64,000 nucleotides of DNA, from the NCBI GenBank assembly GCA_951406725.2, contig OX597820.1, forward strand, positions 15,748,001 to 15,812,000, in the 5' to 3' direction. Shown here one piece after another: positions 24,748 to 39,204 of the stretch; positions within the stretch are counted from its first letter, which is position 1, and every line of letters begins with the position of its first letter. The notes under the pieces were generated by a model. That model did not search any database. It saw only the letters and a program-made list of their open reading frames with translations, and was not told the DNA's origin. Source of the stretch: Octopus vulgaris (taxonomy: Eukaryota). The position numbers and the translations under genes are program-made.

Positions 24748-24914
24748 GTCAACATCAAATATACGAAAATACGTTAATGCATCGATATACGAGTTAATTT
24801 GTTCCAGGAGACCGCTTGTAAAGCGAAAACTCGTAGACCAGAGCGATAATTTCCCAATAGCAGCAATGTTATAAATCGTAATTCGTTCCCAGTAAAAGTA
24901 TTTTAGCTGTAAAG

Positions 24915-25132
24915 TTTATTGCCCACAAGGGGCTAAACATAGAGGGGACAAGGACAGACAAACGGATTAAGTCGATTACATCGACCCCAGTGCGAAACTG
25001 GTACCTTATTTATCGACCCCGAAAGGATGAAAAGCAAAGTCGACCTTGGCGGAATTTGAACTCAGAACGTAACGGCAGACGAAATACGGCTATGCATTTC
25101 GCCCGGCGTGCTAACGTTTCTGCCAGCTCGCA
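24915..25132 (-). mobile_element. SINE family B
   Basis: Reverse complement of the full family B sequence. Confidence 0.88.
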
Positions 25133-26522
25133 GCTATAAAATTTATAATACTCGTAAATAAATGGCGATAAAACAATAGTAGAATGTAAAGAATATTTTA
25201 TGTAAAGTAAAATGAATGTCAATATCATTTATAGTGGAAGATATTATTATTATAATCGTTTGCGGCATCACTTTCACTCGCCGATTCACAAGCACTCGTA
25301 GACGGACTTGTAGATTTCTTTTGAAAAAACAAGCCTAGAGTTGTTTGCTTAGAAGAAGCTTTCCCCCCACCCTCTAAAAATTTCTTGGTGATACGCAGAA
25401 ACCGTTGTTATGGTAGAAGAAACCTTCGCACTTAGTTCAAAATTTGGATCTTTTGCTTGAAAAATTTACAATAAAATAAAACCCGAGGTCTCATAAACCG
25501 GGCCCTCGTAAGTGAGGTATAACTGTACTCTAAAATTTATAAACGACAAGCATTGAACAAAAACGATGCGGAAAACGATTAGCTCTTTTTAAAGGGACAA
25601 ACAAGACAACATATTCGTTTCAAACTTTGACAAAAGCCAGCAATTTTGGGGAAGGGATAGGTCGATTACATTGACCCCTCAGGGCTTAACTGGTTCATAT
25701 TTTATCAACCCCTGCAAGGGATGATAGGCATACTCATACACTGTCGCATGACTCTTTGTCTTAATCGTTCTCTTGTCTTCACTGCTTAATTGCCAAGTAA
25801 GCTCTTTCTGTAAATGTACTGATACACTGGAATTAGTGGTACTGTTGTTAAAGTATTGAAATCGCTAGGATCTCGGGAGGGAAGCTGATGAAAGAAAAGC
25901 CAACGTGTTTCTGGACAGTTTCGTCTACTCAGTTTCTCTCTTAAGGCTTGTGTCAATCTAATAAAAATAGAAAGAAAAAAAGACTCGTTTAAGATATCCA
26001 GCCAGAAAGATCGAAACTAGGACCCCAAGATTGTGAAATGAACTTTCTAAACCACATGTCTATAGCAGCGTCTATAAACCGCCACTATGTGCGTTACAAT
26101 GCTGTCGTACAACGCTCAGGTTCTGATGTGGAGATGCAAAGAGGAAGGAGATACAAACAGGAAAAGTGAAATGAAATAAATTCAAAATAATATAAAAATA
26201 ATAGGAAATTATTTCATATGTCATAAAGGAATTGCTGATGCTAAGTGCTGTGGCGGCCCTTCCGGAACGGAAAATTTACTGACTTCGATGTTCTCCGCTC
26301 CTAACTTCTTTTACGACAATGCTAAATCTACTTCTTTCAGTTTTCGTTTAATACGTCTTTGTTTTGTTCATTTCTGTGTTTCATTGATTGTTTGGTGGTT
26401 TCCTTCATTTTTCTACTCTGCTTCAGTACTTAGCCTTTCCTTTATTTCTTTCTCTCTCTCCTTTTCTTTAGTTTTTATTCATACATATATGTGCTGACAT
26501 ACAAATGCACATATGCGGTGCG

Positions 26523-26712
26523 AGGCGGCGAGCTGGCAGTATCGTTAGCACGCCGGGGCGAAATGCGTAGCCGTATTTCGTCTGTCGTTACGTTCTGAGT
26601 TCAAATTCCGCCGAGGTCGACTTTGCCTTTCATCCTTTCGGGATCGATAAATTAAGTACCAGTTACGCACTGGTATAATCGACTTAATCTGTTTGTCTGT
26701 CCTTGTTTGTCT
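26523..26712 (+). mobile_element. SINE family B
   Basis: Family B head and core. Confidence 0.88.
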
Positions 26713-27074
26713 CCTATGTTACTTGTGGTTATTTAGTATATATTTGTTTTGTTTTTTTAAAGTACTTTTTTAAAACAATTCCTCCCAATTCTGCTTATTT
26801 TAAAATATTCTCTGATGTATTCCGAGCTTGTTTAAATTATATTTATTTTCTTGCTTCTGGGTATAAAGTATTGTTCAAACAGAAATTCAATTTTATCATT
26901 GTATCTGCTGATTCTTCAAGGCGTTCTTGGTGAACATTTCCATCCACATTCGAAAGTTTTGTAAAAATATGTGTATTAGAGGAAGGTTACTTGAATGTTT
27001 TTTTTCGGATCGAATAAATCTAGAAGTTATAAAAATATCGAATATCCTCATTCTGCTTTCGTCACCTGTCTGTC

Positions 27075-27135
<61 letters not shown>

Positions 27136-27593
27136 ATCTATCTATACACACGCACACATATATATACACACACATACGTACACACACACCTACGTACACA
27201 CACACATACACATATATATACATAGACGCAGACGTGGCTGTGTGGTAAGAAGCTTGCTTCCCAACCACATAGTTCCGAGTTCAGTTCCACTGCGTGATAC
27301 CTTGGACAAGAGTCTTATAGCCTCGGGCCGACCAAACCCTTGTGGGTGGATTTGCCTGACGGAAACTGAAAGAAACCAGGCTCCAGATAGACGATACAAA
27401 AAATAAGGACGGGTCATTCGAAGCTTCCTATCCTTAGTCAAGAACCGGATCATCCTCGCAATTTCGGCTGATTAATCTTGAGATTGTTCCGATCTGGCCA
27501 GCCCCAAGGAAAAACTAAGCTAAGAGCATTAGATTCCTTGGAAGAAAGCATCGAATGTATACGAAAACAAGGACGAATATAAATACAAAATAC

Positions 27594-27655
<62 letters not shown>

Positions 27656-28039
27656 TAATAATAATAATAATAATAATAATAGGACATAACAGCAGGTGTC
27701 TTTCGACTGGGGATGAATTGAATTCAGCTGGCGTGTGTGGAAATGACGTCTTACGGCAGAGATACAAAACTTTCACAGGGAAGAATATCGATGTTGCAGT
27801 GACCACAGCCAGACGCAAAAAGAGAACTAGCAGTCTGAGCTATCGGTCACGTGGGAAGAGAAGAGAGAGAAAAAGAGGAACAAAAGGAGAGAGAGGGTTG
27901 TAGAAGCAGATGGACAGAAGAAGTTGGGAGGGGCGAGGAAAAAATGACAGGGATATAGTGAAGTGAAAAGTGAGTAAGAAAGGCAAAGAAATGTGAGAGA
28001 GGGGGAAGCAAGTTTCGTGCGTGCATGTGTATATATCTT

Positions 28040-28392
28040 TTATTCTTTTACTCGTTCAGTTATTTACTGCGGCCATGCTTGGGCACCACCTTGAAGGGTT
28101 TTAGTCGAACAAATCAGTTCCAGGATTTATTTTTTAACGTTTAGTACGTAATCTATCGGTCTCTTTTTGCCGAACGCCTATGTCACGGAGACGTAAGTAC
28201 ATCAACAGCGGTTCTCGAGCGGTGGTGGCGAACAAACACAGACATAATCACACATACATACACGCACACACATGATGGGCTTCTTTGATTTTCCATCTAC
28301 CAAATCCACTCACAACGAAGAAAGTTGCTCAACGTGTCGTGCAGTGAGACTGAACCCGGAACCATGTGGTTAAGAAGCAAGCTTCTTACCAC
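28040..28392 (-). mobile_element. SINE family A (diverged)
   Basis: Reverse-complement similarity to family A. Confidence 0.8.
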
Positions 28393-28699
28393 CCACACAC
28401 ACACTCAAACATACAAGCAGACACATACATACACATACGTACTTTTATATGAGTGTGTGTGTTTCTATGCAGTCGTAGGTAGACGTAGACACCCACTCGG
28501 ACCTCGCAGCCTTGATCCGGTGGAACTTCGATAATATGATAGAAGGAGAAAGGGCTGCAACAATACTAAGCAGGGACTAATTTCCAGCCGAGAAGAATGC
28601 GGCAACGTTAAATGAAGTATCTTCCTCAAGAATCGATCCACGGACCTAATGACCGTAACTTAACCCAGCCGCTTAACTACCTAGCTGGGCACGACATTG

Positions 28700-29445
28700 G
28701 AGAAATCTTCTAAATCGGATGACCTCAATAGCGGGATTTACAAAATTTCAAAAGAAGTATTGCGTTTTACAGAGTTCAAAAGCAAGGACTGGTTCTGGTT
28801 TGACGCTAATAAAGATCATATACAAAGCTTATTATCCGTGCAATGAGACCTAAGTAAAAAGAACGAAAAAAACAAAAAAACATTCGCTGTCAAAATGAAA
28901 ATTGATTGGCAATTACAAAGCTGTTAAGTCAAAGATTCTGAACGAAATCAGAAGAATGAAAAATAAATGGTGGATTGATCGTGCCTGTGATCTTTAGAAA
29001 GAATATAACAAAAAGGATATTAAAGAACTTCATTCTTTTATAAATCAAGTTTATAGTCCTCGCTCAATTTCCTGCCTTTTCATACGGGTTATGGCTAGCA
29101 AAACCCTTATTAAAGATTCAAATAAGGTCCTTGAAAGGTGTCAAGACTATTTTAGTAATTTGTTAAAATTGCTCATCAAGCATTGATTAACTTCTTTTTG
29201 AACTTATTCAGCAAATTCTAATAAAATGCTTTGTTTAATCCATCCACTTCTAATGAAGTAAAAGTTGCTTTGCGCAATCTTTAAAACAGAGAAGCTTGTG
29301 GCATTGAATGGTATTCTAGCGGAGGAAATACGTTGCTGGATTTCCTATACGCTCTTATGTATACATTGTATTAGAAAATGATAGAGTTCTTCGTGGTTGG
29401 AAAGATGCGATGCTGAAGATATTTACCACAGAAAAAGGTGCTCAT
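28700..29445 (+). pseudogene. Decayed RTE-clade LINE ORF (linker region upstream of RT)
   Basis: Fragments WFDANKDHI, IRRMKNKWW, VYSPRS, KVLERCQDYFSNLL, PTSNEVKVAL, WKDA...KG with stops and frameshifts. Confidence 0.75.
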
Positions 29446-31005
29446 GATATATACTCTAATTTTTTTTATTCAGTGTTGGAAAATATATTGGTGTTAAATT
29501 TTTGCACAAGGCCAGCAATTTCGGGGGCAGCGAGTAAGTCAATTACATCGACCTCAATATTCAACTGTCATTTATTTTATCGACCCCGAAAAGATGAAAG
29601 GCAAAGTCGATACCAGCGGTATTTGAACTCAGGGCGTTAAGTCTTTACGTTCTGAGTTCAAATTCCGCCCACGTCGACTTTGCCTTTCATCCTTTCGGGG
29701 TCGATTAAATAAGTACCAGTTTTGCACTGGGGTCGATATAACCGACTTAATCCGTCTGTCTGTCCTTGTTTGTCTTCTGTGTTTATCCCCTTGTGGGTAG
29801 TAAAGAAATTGGTATTTCGTCTGCCGTTACGTTCTGAGTTAAAATTCCACTTTGCCTTTCATCCTTTCGGGGTCGATAAATTAAGTACCAGTTACGCACT
29901 GGGGTCGATAAAATCGACTTAATCCGTTTGTCTGTCCTTGTTTGTCCTCTCTTGTGTTTAGATATATACTCTAATTTTTTTATTCAGTATTGGAAAAAAA
30001 TATTGGTGTTAAATTTTTGCACAAGGCCAGCAATTTCGGGGGCAGCGAGTAAGTCAATTACATCGACCTCAATATTTAACTGTCACTTATTTTATCGACC
30101 CCGAAAAGATGAAAGGCAAAGTCGATACCAGCGGCATTTGAACTCAGGGCGTAAAGTCTTTACGTTCTGAGTTCAAATTCCGCCGAGGTCGACTTTGCCT
30201 TTCATCCTTTCGGGGTCGATTAAATAAGTACCAGTTTTGCACTGGGGTCGATATAACCGACTTAATCCGTCTGTCTGTCCTTGTTTGTCTTCTGTGTTTA
30301 TCCCCTTGTGGGTAGTAAAGAAATTGGTATTTCGTCTGCCGTTACGTTCTGAGTTAAAATTCCACTTTGCCTTTCATCCTTTCGGGGTCGATAAATTAAG
30401 TAGCAGTTACGCACTGGGGTCGATAAAATCGACTTAATCCGTTTGTCTGTCATTGTTTGTCCTCTCTGTGTTTAGATATATACTCTAATTTTTTTATTCA
30501 GTATTGGAAAAAATATTGGTGTTAAATTTTCGCACAAGGCCAGCAATTCGGGGGCAGCGAGTAAGTCAATTACATCGACCTCAATATTCAGCTGCCACTT
30601 ATTTTATCGAACCCGAAAAGATGAAAGGCAAAGTCGATACCAGCGGCATTTGAACTCAGGGTGTAATGTCTTTACGTTCTGAGTTCAAATTCCGCCGAGG
30701 TGGACTTTGCCTTTCATCCTTTCGGGGTCGATTAAATAAGTACCAGTTACGCACTTGGGTCGATATAATCGACTTAATACCTTTGTCTGTCCTTGTTTGT
30801 CCCCTCTATATTTAGTCCCTTGTGGGTAGTAAAGAAATAGGTATTTCGTCTGTCTTTACGTTTTGAGTTCAAATTCCGCCGAGGTTGACTTTTCCTTTCA
30901 TCCTTTCGGGGTCGATAAATTAAGTACCAGCTGCGTACTGGGGTCGATCTAATCGACTGCCCCCCTCCCCCAAATTTCGGGCCTTGTGCCTAGAGTAGAA
31001 AAGAT
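29446..31005. repeat. Tandem triplication of a ~515-bp unit built from SINE B fragments
   Basis: gatatatactctaattttt starts at 29446, 29961 and 30475; units nearly identical. Confidence 0.92.
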
Positions 31006-31363
31006 TAGGCTGATTCTTTCTATCTGTATGCGTATATTTCTGCGCGCGCGTTTGTGCGTGCGTGTGTATATGTATGCATGCATATATGTGTGTGTGTATG
31101 TGCGTATCTGTTTGCTTCCAGCGTCAGCAAGTTGTGTATTCAAAACTAGCTGAATATCCAATCAGCCGCACCAAATTGCCTGCGTCAAAAAAGCTGCGCC
31201 CAATCGTCTCATACAATTCTTTGGGACTTTTCCCTTTCTTCACGATTCTTAAGTTTATTGCATTGGACGAGAAACAAATGACAATATTTTTCACCCGTCA
31301 ACTACAAGAGAAATGCATTGGATAGAACCTTGACTTTTATTATTGCTTCATTGACCTTTGATT

Positions 31364-31412
<49 letters not shown>

Positions 31413-31511
31413 TCTCAGAAACGTTGTCCTGATAAATTCAAAATATGATCAAGTCCTTTCATGATATGAGAGCAAATGCTGATATGGGTTATACGCCTAA
31501 ACTACTTACCA

Positions 31512-31621
<110 letters not shown>

Positions 31622-31841
31622 AACACACACATAGAGATTTAGTGGTGTATATAAGAACATAGAACTCAAAACGTGATTAACTTGAGAAGCTATACGTTGG
31701 ATAAGTACCAACGCACGAAACTCTCGTACCTTATGTCACTATGACTTCTACTCATATTTAAAAATTGTGTGTATATATATATGTGTGTGTGTGTGTGCGT
31801 GCGTGCGTGTGCGTGTATATATATGTATATATATGTATATT

Positions 31842-31899
<58 letters not shown>

Positions 31900-32181
31900 T
31901 ATGTATGTACGTGTGCATTTACATACATTATACACGCACACACACAGACATTATATGTAAATGCGATTGTATGTGGTTATGCATGTGTTTAGCCCCGAAA
32001 TGCTTTGAAGCGCTGCGTTCTTGAGAAAAACGAATTTGATTTTCGAAATCTACGCCCCAAAGAGAAGGTTGTCCGTAAATAATAAAATTAATATTCTTTT
32101 TACTATTAGAAATAACTGAGCTTTGAGATCTACAAATCTCCGGCTCTCTATCTGTCACAATCAGTCTATCTCTTATATATA

Positions 32182-32548
32182 CTAGCAGTATCGCCCGGCG
32201 TTGCTCGGGTTTGTTTCGACCCTTTAGAATTGGAATTTTTGAAAAGTAAAAATTATGTATTATGTAGCTTGTTATTCTCTTTAAGTGAAATACACTGAAA
32301 AATGGCGACTCAGTAGTCAAAAAATCGTAAAAAATAGGGCTTTTCATAGAAAAAAAGCACCTTATTGATGTAAATAATTTTTGGTGTTAACATGGTCTGA
32401 TTTGAATTTTTTCTACTACGGAAGGAAGAGCAAGCCTTCTTCTATCATACTCTCAATTTTGGTCAACTTGCACCACAGGGTCTCGAAGGAGATAGTGAAG
32501 GCTATCAAACCTGCCATACACAGACAACTTCAGCTTTATATATATAGA
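32182..32548 (-). mobile_element. Non-autonomous Helitron, complete
   Basis: Minus strand A/TCTATATATATAAAG...cccgagcaacgccgggcgatactgCTAG/T; termini shared with 18059-18455, different interior. Confidence 0.88.
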
Positions 32549-32564
32549 TTAACCACACTCGTTA

Positions 32565-32628
<64 letters not shown>

Positions 32629-33057
32629 TCTCTCTCTCTCTCTTCCCTTCTCTCTCTCAGTATATGTATTATCTCTCACTCATTGCTTTCATTTTGTTTA
32701 AACTCTCTTCTTCTAATGTTTGCTTTCATTTTATGATGCAGAACTCTCATGCACAAATCCTGTTTTCTGATTGGATAAAAAATGATCAAACTTTAAACCT
32801 CTGTAACATAAAAATTTTTTCTTTTTCTGAAATAAATGAATCGCAAAATCGTATTCAACGTGAAAAAGTACATCAATATACCCAAATATGTAAATTTTCA
32901 CTCAATTTTAAAATTTCAAAATCTGTGACAGCAACGAAAGGGTTCTCTCTCAGTTTGTCTGTCTCTTTCACTTTTCGCTTTTCTCATGCTAAACTTTCGC
33001 TTTCTCTATACATTTTTATCGCGTTTTCTCACTTTCTATAAAAGTATGCCGCTCACG

Positions 33058-33103
<46 letters not shown>

Positions 33104-33244
33104 GTGTGCATGTGTGTGCATGTGTGTGCATGTGTGTGTTTGTCAGTATTTATACATGTATGTGTGTAAGGGATTTCATTAGAGCACAAAAATAACTTTA
33201 AAAAGATAATTTATTTTAATAACATACTTTTCTGTTAGCAAATA

Positions 33245-33283
<39 letters not shown>

Positions 33284-33294
33284 TGCACGCACAT

Positions 33295-33338
<44 letters not shown>

Positions 33339-34249
33339 GAACTTGCTTGGCGTGGTGTTGAGGGATGGGGGGTTAAAAATTTTAATTACTAAATTTTTTG
33401 TTGCTGCTTAAATCCCAGCAATGGACCACCACATCATCATTCCTTAAAATCTGTTTATGGGGAGAATAATATTGAAAGACATCAGTAATATGTCAGAGTG
33501 ACAAAGAAGCGAGGAAGGCACCAAGTGATCGTGAGATCTGCTGGAAACAACAGTTAAATCTCCCTTAAATCCCAGAACTTTTTCGTCTTTAAAAAACTAT
33601 TTTGAAACCATAAACGGAAACAAACTGCGGTTTCGGATTGTCCGTATTTTAAAATTATGATTTAAAAATAAATCCTAAAAATAAGCCGAAATTTTAGGAT
33701 TTATGTGGAGGCGGGGTTAATGAAAAAAACTAAAACAATTTTATTATTGTTTAGCAAATTATGTTTCATTTTCTGTTTGAAAATAAAGGAAGTGAGGATT
33801 GCAATGGTAATCTCCGATTTCCAAAATTTTTTTTAACCTTCAAGGTTTCTCCCATAGTTTATAAATGCGCAGCGCAAAACAAAATTTGCCAAAATCTGTT
33901 TCTGAGTGGGGGAAGGGGCTTGAAAAATTTCATAAATTTTGAATTTTTTTTTGTTTTTACCGAAAAGACATTTATTGTTTTTAAGTGCCTAGCGGAGGCG
34001 AGGTGGTTAGAAAAAAAGGACAAAGTCTGTCTGGAAGGGGTAGGGAGGGAATTTGTAAATTTTCACAAATGTTTTTCATAAAACGCTCCCCCCCCCCCCG
34101 TCATCAACAAGGGTGTGGTGAAAACAAAATTTGAAAAGACCCCCGTCAAAACGAAGAAAATCCAACTTAGGTTTCTGTGCTTTTCCGAAGGTCCGCCAAG
34201 AAATTCTAATGCGAAAATTACCCTGCAGCAACGGGATACTCAGCTAGTG

Positions 34250-34662
34250 TATTCTTTCACTGTTTTACTTGTTCCAGTCATTAGACTGCGGCCATGCTGG
34301 GGCACTGCCAAGAAGAATTTTTTGTCGTCTTAATCGGCTCCATTACTTATATTTTGTTTAGCCTGGTACTTATTCTATTGGTCTCCCTTGTCGAACTGCT
34401 AGATTAAAGGGACGTAAACACAACAATACCGGTTGTCAAGTGGTGGTGGCGAGACAAACACTGACACAAACACACACACACGCACACACACACACGCACA
34501 CACACACACACACACGACGAACTTTCGCTTTCCGTCTACCAAATTCACTCACAAGGCTTTAGTCGGTCTGGGGCCATAGTAGAAGACACTTGCCCAAGGT
34601 GCCACGCAGTGGGACTGAACCCAGCACAATGTGTTTGAAAAGCACCACACGGCCACGCCTGC
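34250..34662 (-). mobile_element. SINE family A
   Basis: Reverse-complement similarity to family A. Confidence 0.82.
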
Positions 34663-34760
34663 ATATATATATATATATATATAAAATTTAAATACAGGAT
34701 AAAATGTTTATAAGAATTTATCAAGTAGTTAGCGTGAAAATCTTATAAGGGAAAAATGCC

Positions 34761-34842
<82 letters not shown>

Positions 34843-34967
34843 CATATAACAACAAATTGAGGAACGGCTATAATAGGCCGTTCGACCCACTAGAAATAGC
34901 AACTAGGGCTAACGCAAATAGTAGTAATTCCGGAATCAGAGGAAAAATTTAAAAAACATTTACCCTG

Positions 34968-35030
<63 letters not shown>

Positions 35031-35033
<3 letters not shown>

Positions 35034-35181
35034 GTAACCACTTCAACATGACTGTCCGTTCGAACGGTCTCTACTGCGATTTTTTAATCCCAAGAGCTGT
35101 GCTGGAGGAGATGTTCTCTTGAGGTTAAAAAATCCCAGTAGAATCCGTTCGAACAGACGGCCATGTTGAAATGGCTACGAA
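35031..35181. mobile_element. Palindromic MITE-like element (~150 bp)
   Basis: Imperfect arms of about 65 bp: ttcgtaaccacttcaacatg...caagag / ctcttg...catgttgaaatggctacgaa. Confidence 0.75.
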
Positions 35182-35276
35182 CATTGTATGTCAGTACAGC
35201 TACTACGTTGATCTCTTTGAGAGATTTTAGAACTAGCGTTTTTGCTTGTTGTGTATATATATATATGTGTGTGTGT

Positions 35277-35327
<51 letters not shown>

Positions 35328-35336
35328 TGAGTAGCA

Positions 35337-35895
35337 GGCGCTGGCATGGCTGTGTGGATTAGAAAGGAAACTCATTTCCACAGCGCGGCACCTTCGGCAA
35401 ATGTCTTCTACTGTAAGTCCTGGACCGACGAATGCCTTAAGAGTGAATTTGGTAGACGGGGAACTGTGCGGAAGCTCGTCGTTTACATACGGGTGTGTAT
35501 GTTTGTATAGCTTTGTGTTTGTTTTACCACCACCACCACCACCACCACCACCACAATCATCACAATCAACACCACCACCACCACCACCACCCACCACCAC
35601 CACCACCACCACCACCACCACCACCACCACCACCACCACCACCACCACCACCACCACCACCACCACCACACCACCACACCATCAGCACCACCACCACCAC
35701 CACACCACCACACCATCAGCACCAGCACCACCACCAGCACCACACCACCACCACCACCACCACCACCACCGCCGCCGCTTTAGAATTTGCTTCAAACTTA
35801 AAAAAACTGGGGTCGATCTGTTCGACAAAATCCTGCAAGGCGGTACTTCAGCGTGGCCGCAGTCCAATGACTGAAGCAAATAAAAGATAAAAGAT
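35337..35895 (+). mobile_element. SINE family A with internal (CCA)n expansion
   Basis: Family A head and tail flank a (CCA)n tract at about 35527-35770. Confidence 0.8.
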
Positions 35896-36039
35896 TACAC
35901 ATCGAACTATCTATTTTCAATGAGTATTTTGCGCTTGTTATCTTGCATGAACGGGATATATATATACAGTGGTTTTATATATTCAAAACATGTTAAGCAG
36001 TAGGAGCCTTCGTATCAAAAGTCAAATCGACAAATTGGA

Positions 36040-36305
36040 GAGACTAATGTGAATGAGACTGAAGTCTTGAGATTAGCTAATGTTTTAAGCATAGAAATTC
36101 TCTTGCGACGTAGCATTCTGATGTAAGCAGGAAATATAGTTCGTATGGAAGATGAAAGGATTCCAGAGCGTCTGTTCTATGGAGAACTACGTTCTGGGAA
36201 AAGACCTCCTGGCAAATCAATATTAAGATAGAAAGGATATACTAAAATCTATTCTGAGGAATATTCTTAGGGAAAGTTGGGAAATAATTGCTGCGAATAG
36301 AGCAT
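36040..36305 (+). pseudogene. Decayed RTE LINE C-terminus
   Basis: AGNIVRMEDERIPERLFYGELRSGKRPPGK...WEIIAANR. Confidence 0.8.
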
Positions 36306-36523
36306 CATTTATAGTTTGTCTTTTACTTGTTTCAGTCATTGTACTGCAGCCATTCTGGGGCACGGTCCTGATCGGACAAATCGACCCTAGAAATAAATCT
36401 TCTACTTATTTTATCGGGCTCTCTAATGTCGAGCCGCTAAGATATGGAAACGTAAACAAGCAAACACATTTTCTTGAGAAGTGGGGAGACAAGGTCACAG
36501 CCTCTGGGCTGAAACACGTGAAA

Positions 36524-36587
<64 letters not shown>

Positions 36588-36711
36588 GTATATATGCATA
36601 GCTCGAAACGTTAAATCCCTTTTCCTTTCTTTCCTGAGCGTCTGATAATACAGCATTTGTACCACGTCCTCGTGTTATTGTTTTTCCTTGTTTGTTCTTC
36701 TTTGTTTGAAT

Positions 36712-36761
<50 letters not shown>

Positions 36762-36959
36762 CACATATATACATACATATATATACGACAAAGTTCAATA
36801 CAGATTCCATTTTCAAATTCACTCACAAGGAATTGGTCAGCCCCGTGCTATATAGTAGAAGACATTTGTCAAAAATGCCGAGCAGTAGGACTGAACCCGA
36901 AACCACATGGTCAGAAAGGGAGCTCTTAAAAATATAATTCATGATGTGCGAACACTTAC

Positions 36960-37245
36960 AGTTGTCTTCTTCGTCATAAACTTTCCAAACAGCAAGGCAA
37001 CGATTTCCACGAATCGTAGGACGTTCTTTTGCAATGCGACCGTGGTCCGTTATCGTGGAAGGGTATCCGGATTTAGGTTTATCTTCGGTGGAGGTCCTTC
37101 CTGATTTTAAACGCTGATACCACTCGTCACATTTGCTCCTCGTAGGCCTGTCGCAAAATTAGAAATGTATCTGTGAAAGCTTTTCTCGATTTGAAACAAA
37201 ATTTCATACAAACACTTACTTTTTCCAACACTTCATTGTTTAACA
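36960..37245 (-). pseudogene. Mariner transposase N-terminal HTH fragment
   Basis: VCMKFCFKSRKAFTDTFLILRQAY...EWYQRLKSGRTSTEDKPKSGYPST...IRGNRCL. Confidence 0.8.
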
Positions 37246-37713
37246 TGCCGCAGTTGAACAAGCGCACTAAACATACGTTCACTTTAGCATGTGAAAATGG
37301 ATAATCATCTAATATGGTGTCATGTGACTATTATTAAACTGAAGGTCAGGGTAGTGGGTCGGCAGGATCGTTAAGGTGTCGGACTAAATATTTTAGGATT
37401 TGTTCCGGCTCTTTACGTTCTGAATTCGAATCCCGCCGAGATCAACTTAAACTTTCACCCTCATGGGTTCGATAAAATAAAGTACCAGCTAAGTACTGGG
37501 GTAGATGTTAACAACTTGCTCCTTGCCCGCCAAATTGCTATCCGTGTGTCTTAATTAGAAACGAGATTCTAAAAAAGAAGCACTGGGATTGATTTGTTCG
37601 ACTAAACACTTCAAGATGGTGCCCCATCTTGGCCGTTGTCCGATCAGGGAAACAAACAAAAGGTAAAAGGTAATTAGACAGAAGGCGAAGGTTGCCTATA
37701 TACAGCTCTACAA

Positions 37714-37945
37714 AGGCGGCGAGCTGGCAGAAACGTTAGCACGCCGGGCGAAATGCGTAGCCGTATTTCGTCTGCCGTTACGTTCTGAGTTCAAATTCCG
37801 CCGAAGTCAACTTTGCCTTTCATCCTTTCGGGGTCGATAAATTAAGTACCAGTTACGCACTGGGGTCGATATAACCGACTTAATCCGTTTGTCTGTCCTT
37901 GTTTGTCCTCTCTGTGTTTAGCCCGATGTGGGTAGTAAAGAAATA
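37714..37945 (+). mobile_element. SINE family B, full length with TSD
   Basis: Flanked on both sides by tatatacagctctacaa. Confidence 0.9.
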
Positions 37946-38775
37946 TATATACAGCTCTACAATCTCGAGCACGCTACGTTGATTGGTTGCTTCGTATGGT
38001 CTAGAAGTTCAGTTTCTTTTTGAATGGACCTTGTACTGGCACAAATAATATGAACGATTGGAATTTTCCCAGTTGTATAACAGTAAACACGGTGATGAAT
38101 ATGTCTGCTTTATGAAGGGTGACCCCTAGTTCAACTATTCATCAACAATAACGACATTAACAACAAATTTACCAGAAAGGTGTATTGAAAACAGTTTAGA
38201 AAAAAAAAAAACGAGGCTATATAATATTTCTTTTACAAAACAACAACAACCAGAACAACAGAAATAGCAATAAGAGCAACCTCATAAAATAAAAACATAA
38301 ACAAGTAAATCTTTGTTGAGTACAAGTTATTTTAAGAAAAGAAGCATTGAAAAGCAAGCAACTATTGCTTGGATATTCCAAAAGTAAAATGAACGGAGAT
38401 AAGACATTCTTGTATAAAAGAGCAAATCTAAATAAGAAGGAAGAAAATCTGAAAAAATTTTTTGGGAATATTGCAGAACAATTAATTCTTCAGGGGTCAA
38501 ATACAGAAATAGAGAAACCTGCACTGCTTTCACCAACAAACGCCTCGAAAACATCCTTTATTATTTGCTTAAGCTATATCTTGTAAAATCGGTGCGTAAC
38601 ATTCAGGTTTATATAATAAATATCTGATAATGATTTATAAATGCAGTTATATTAGGTAACAGAACACAAGTGCAGGAACAGATATAGAAAAAATCGTGCA
38701 AGAAAGGAAAAAACTTGGGGAACATTTAATGTTTACAGTAACTCAAACCGAACATTTCTAAATCAAAAGTGTGTG

Positions 38776-38857
<82 letters not shown>

Positions 38858-39204
38858 TGCAACATAATGTCCATAAACAAGTATTACCCTTACCTGAATC
38901 AGAATCCCTATGAAGGACTTTCACACAATATAAATGAATGGTAAAATATACACAATAAAACCACCATAATAAAAAAAACAAGAATCTTTGGTATATGTGT
39001 GTGTAGTGAAAAATATCTGCGTGATTTTGTACGTAAAAAAAATATCAAGGAATGGATTTCTAGGACATTAGAGGCTACCATAAAAGAACAGAGATTACGG
39101 CCGATGAAGGAATGCGATAGATTGGAAGAATCGTGTTATTTGATTGCATACCTTCATGTTGTGAGTTCAAGTCTCACCGAGGATAACAAGCTTTATCTGT
39201 TATC

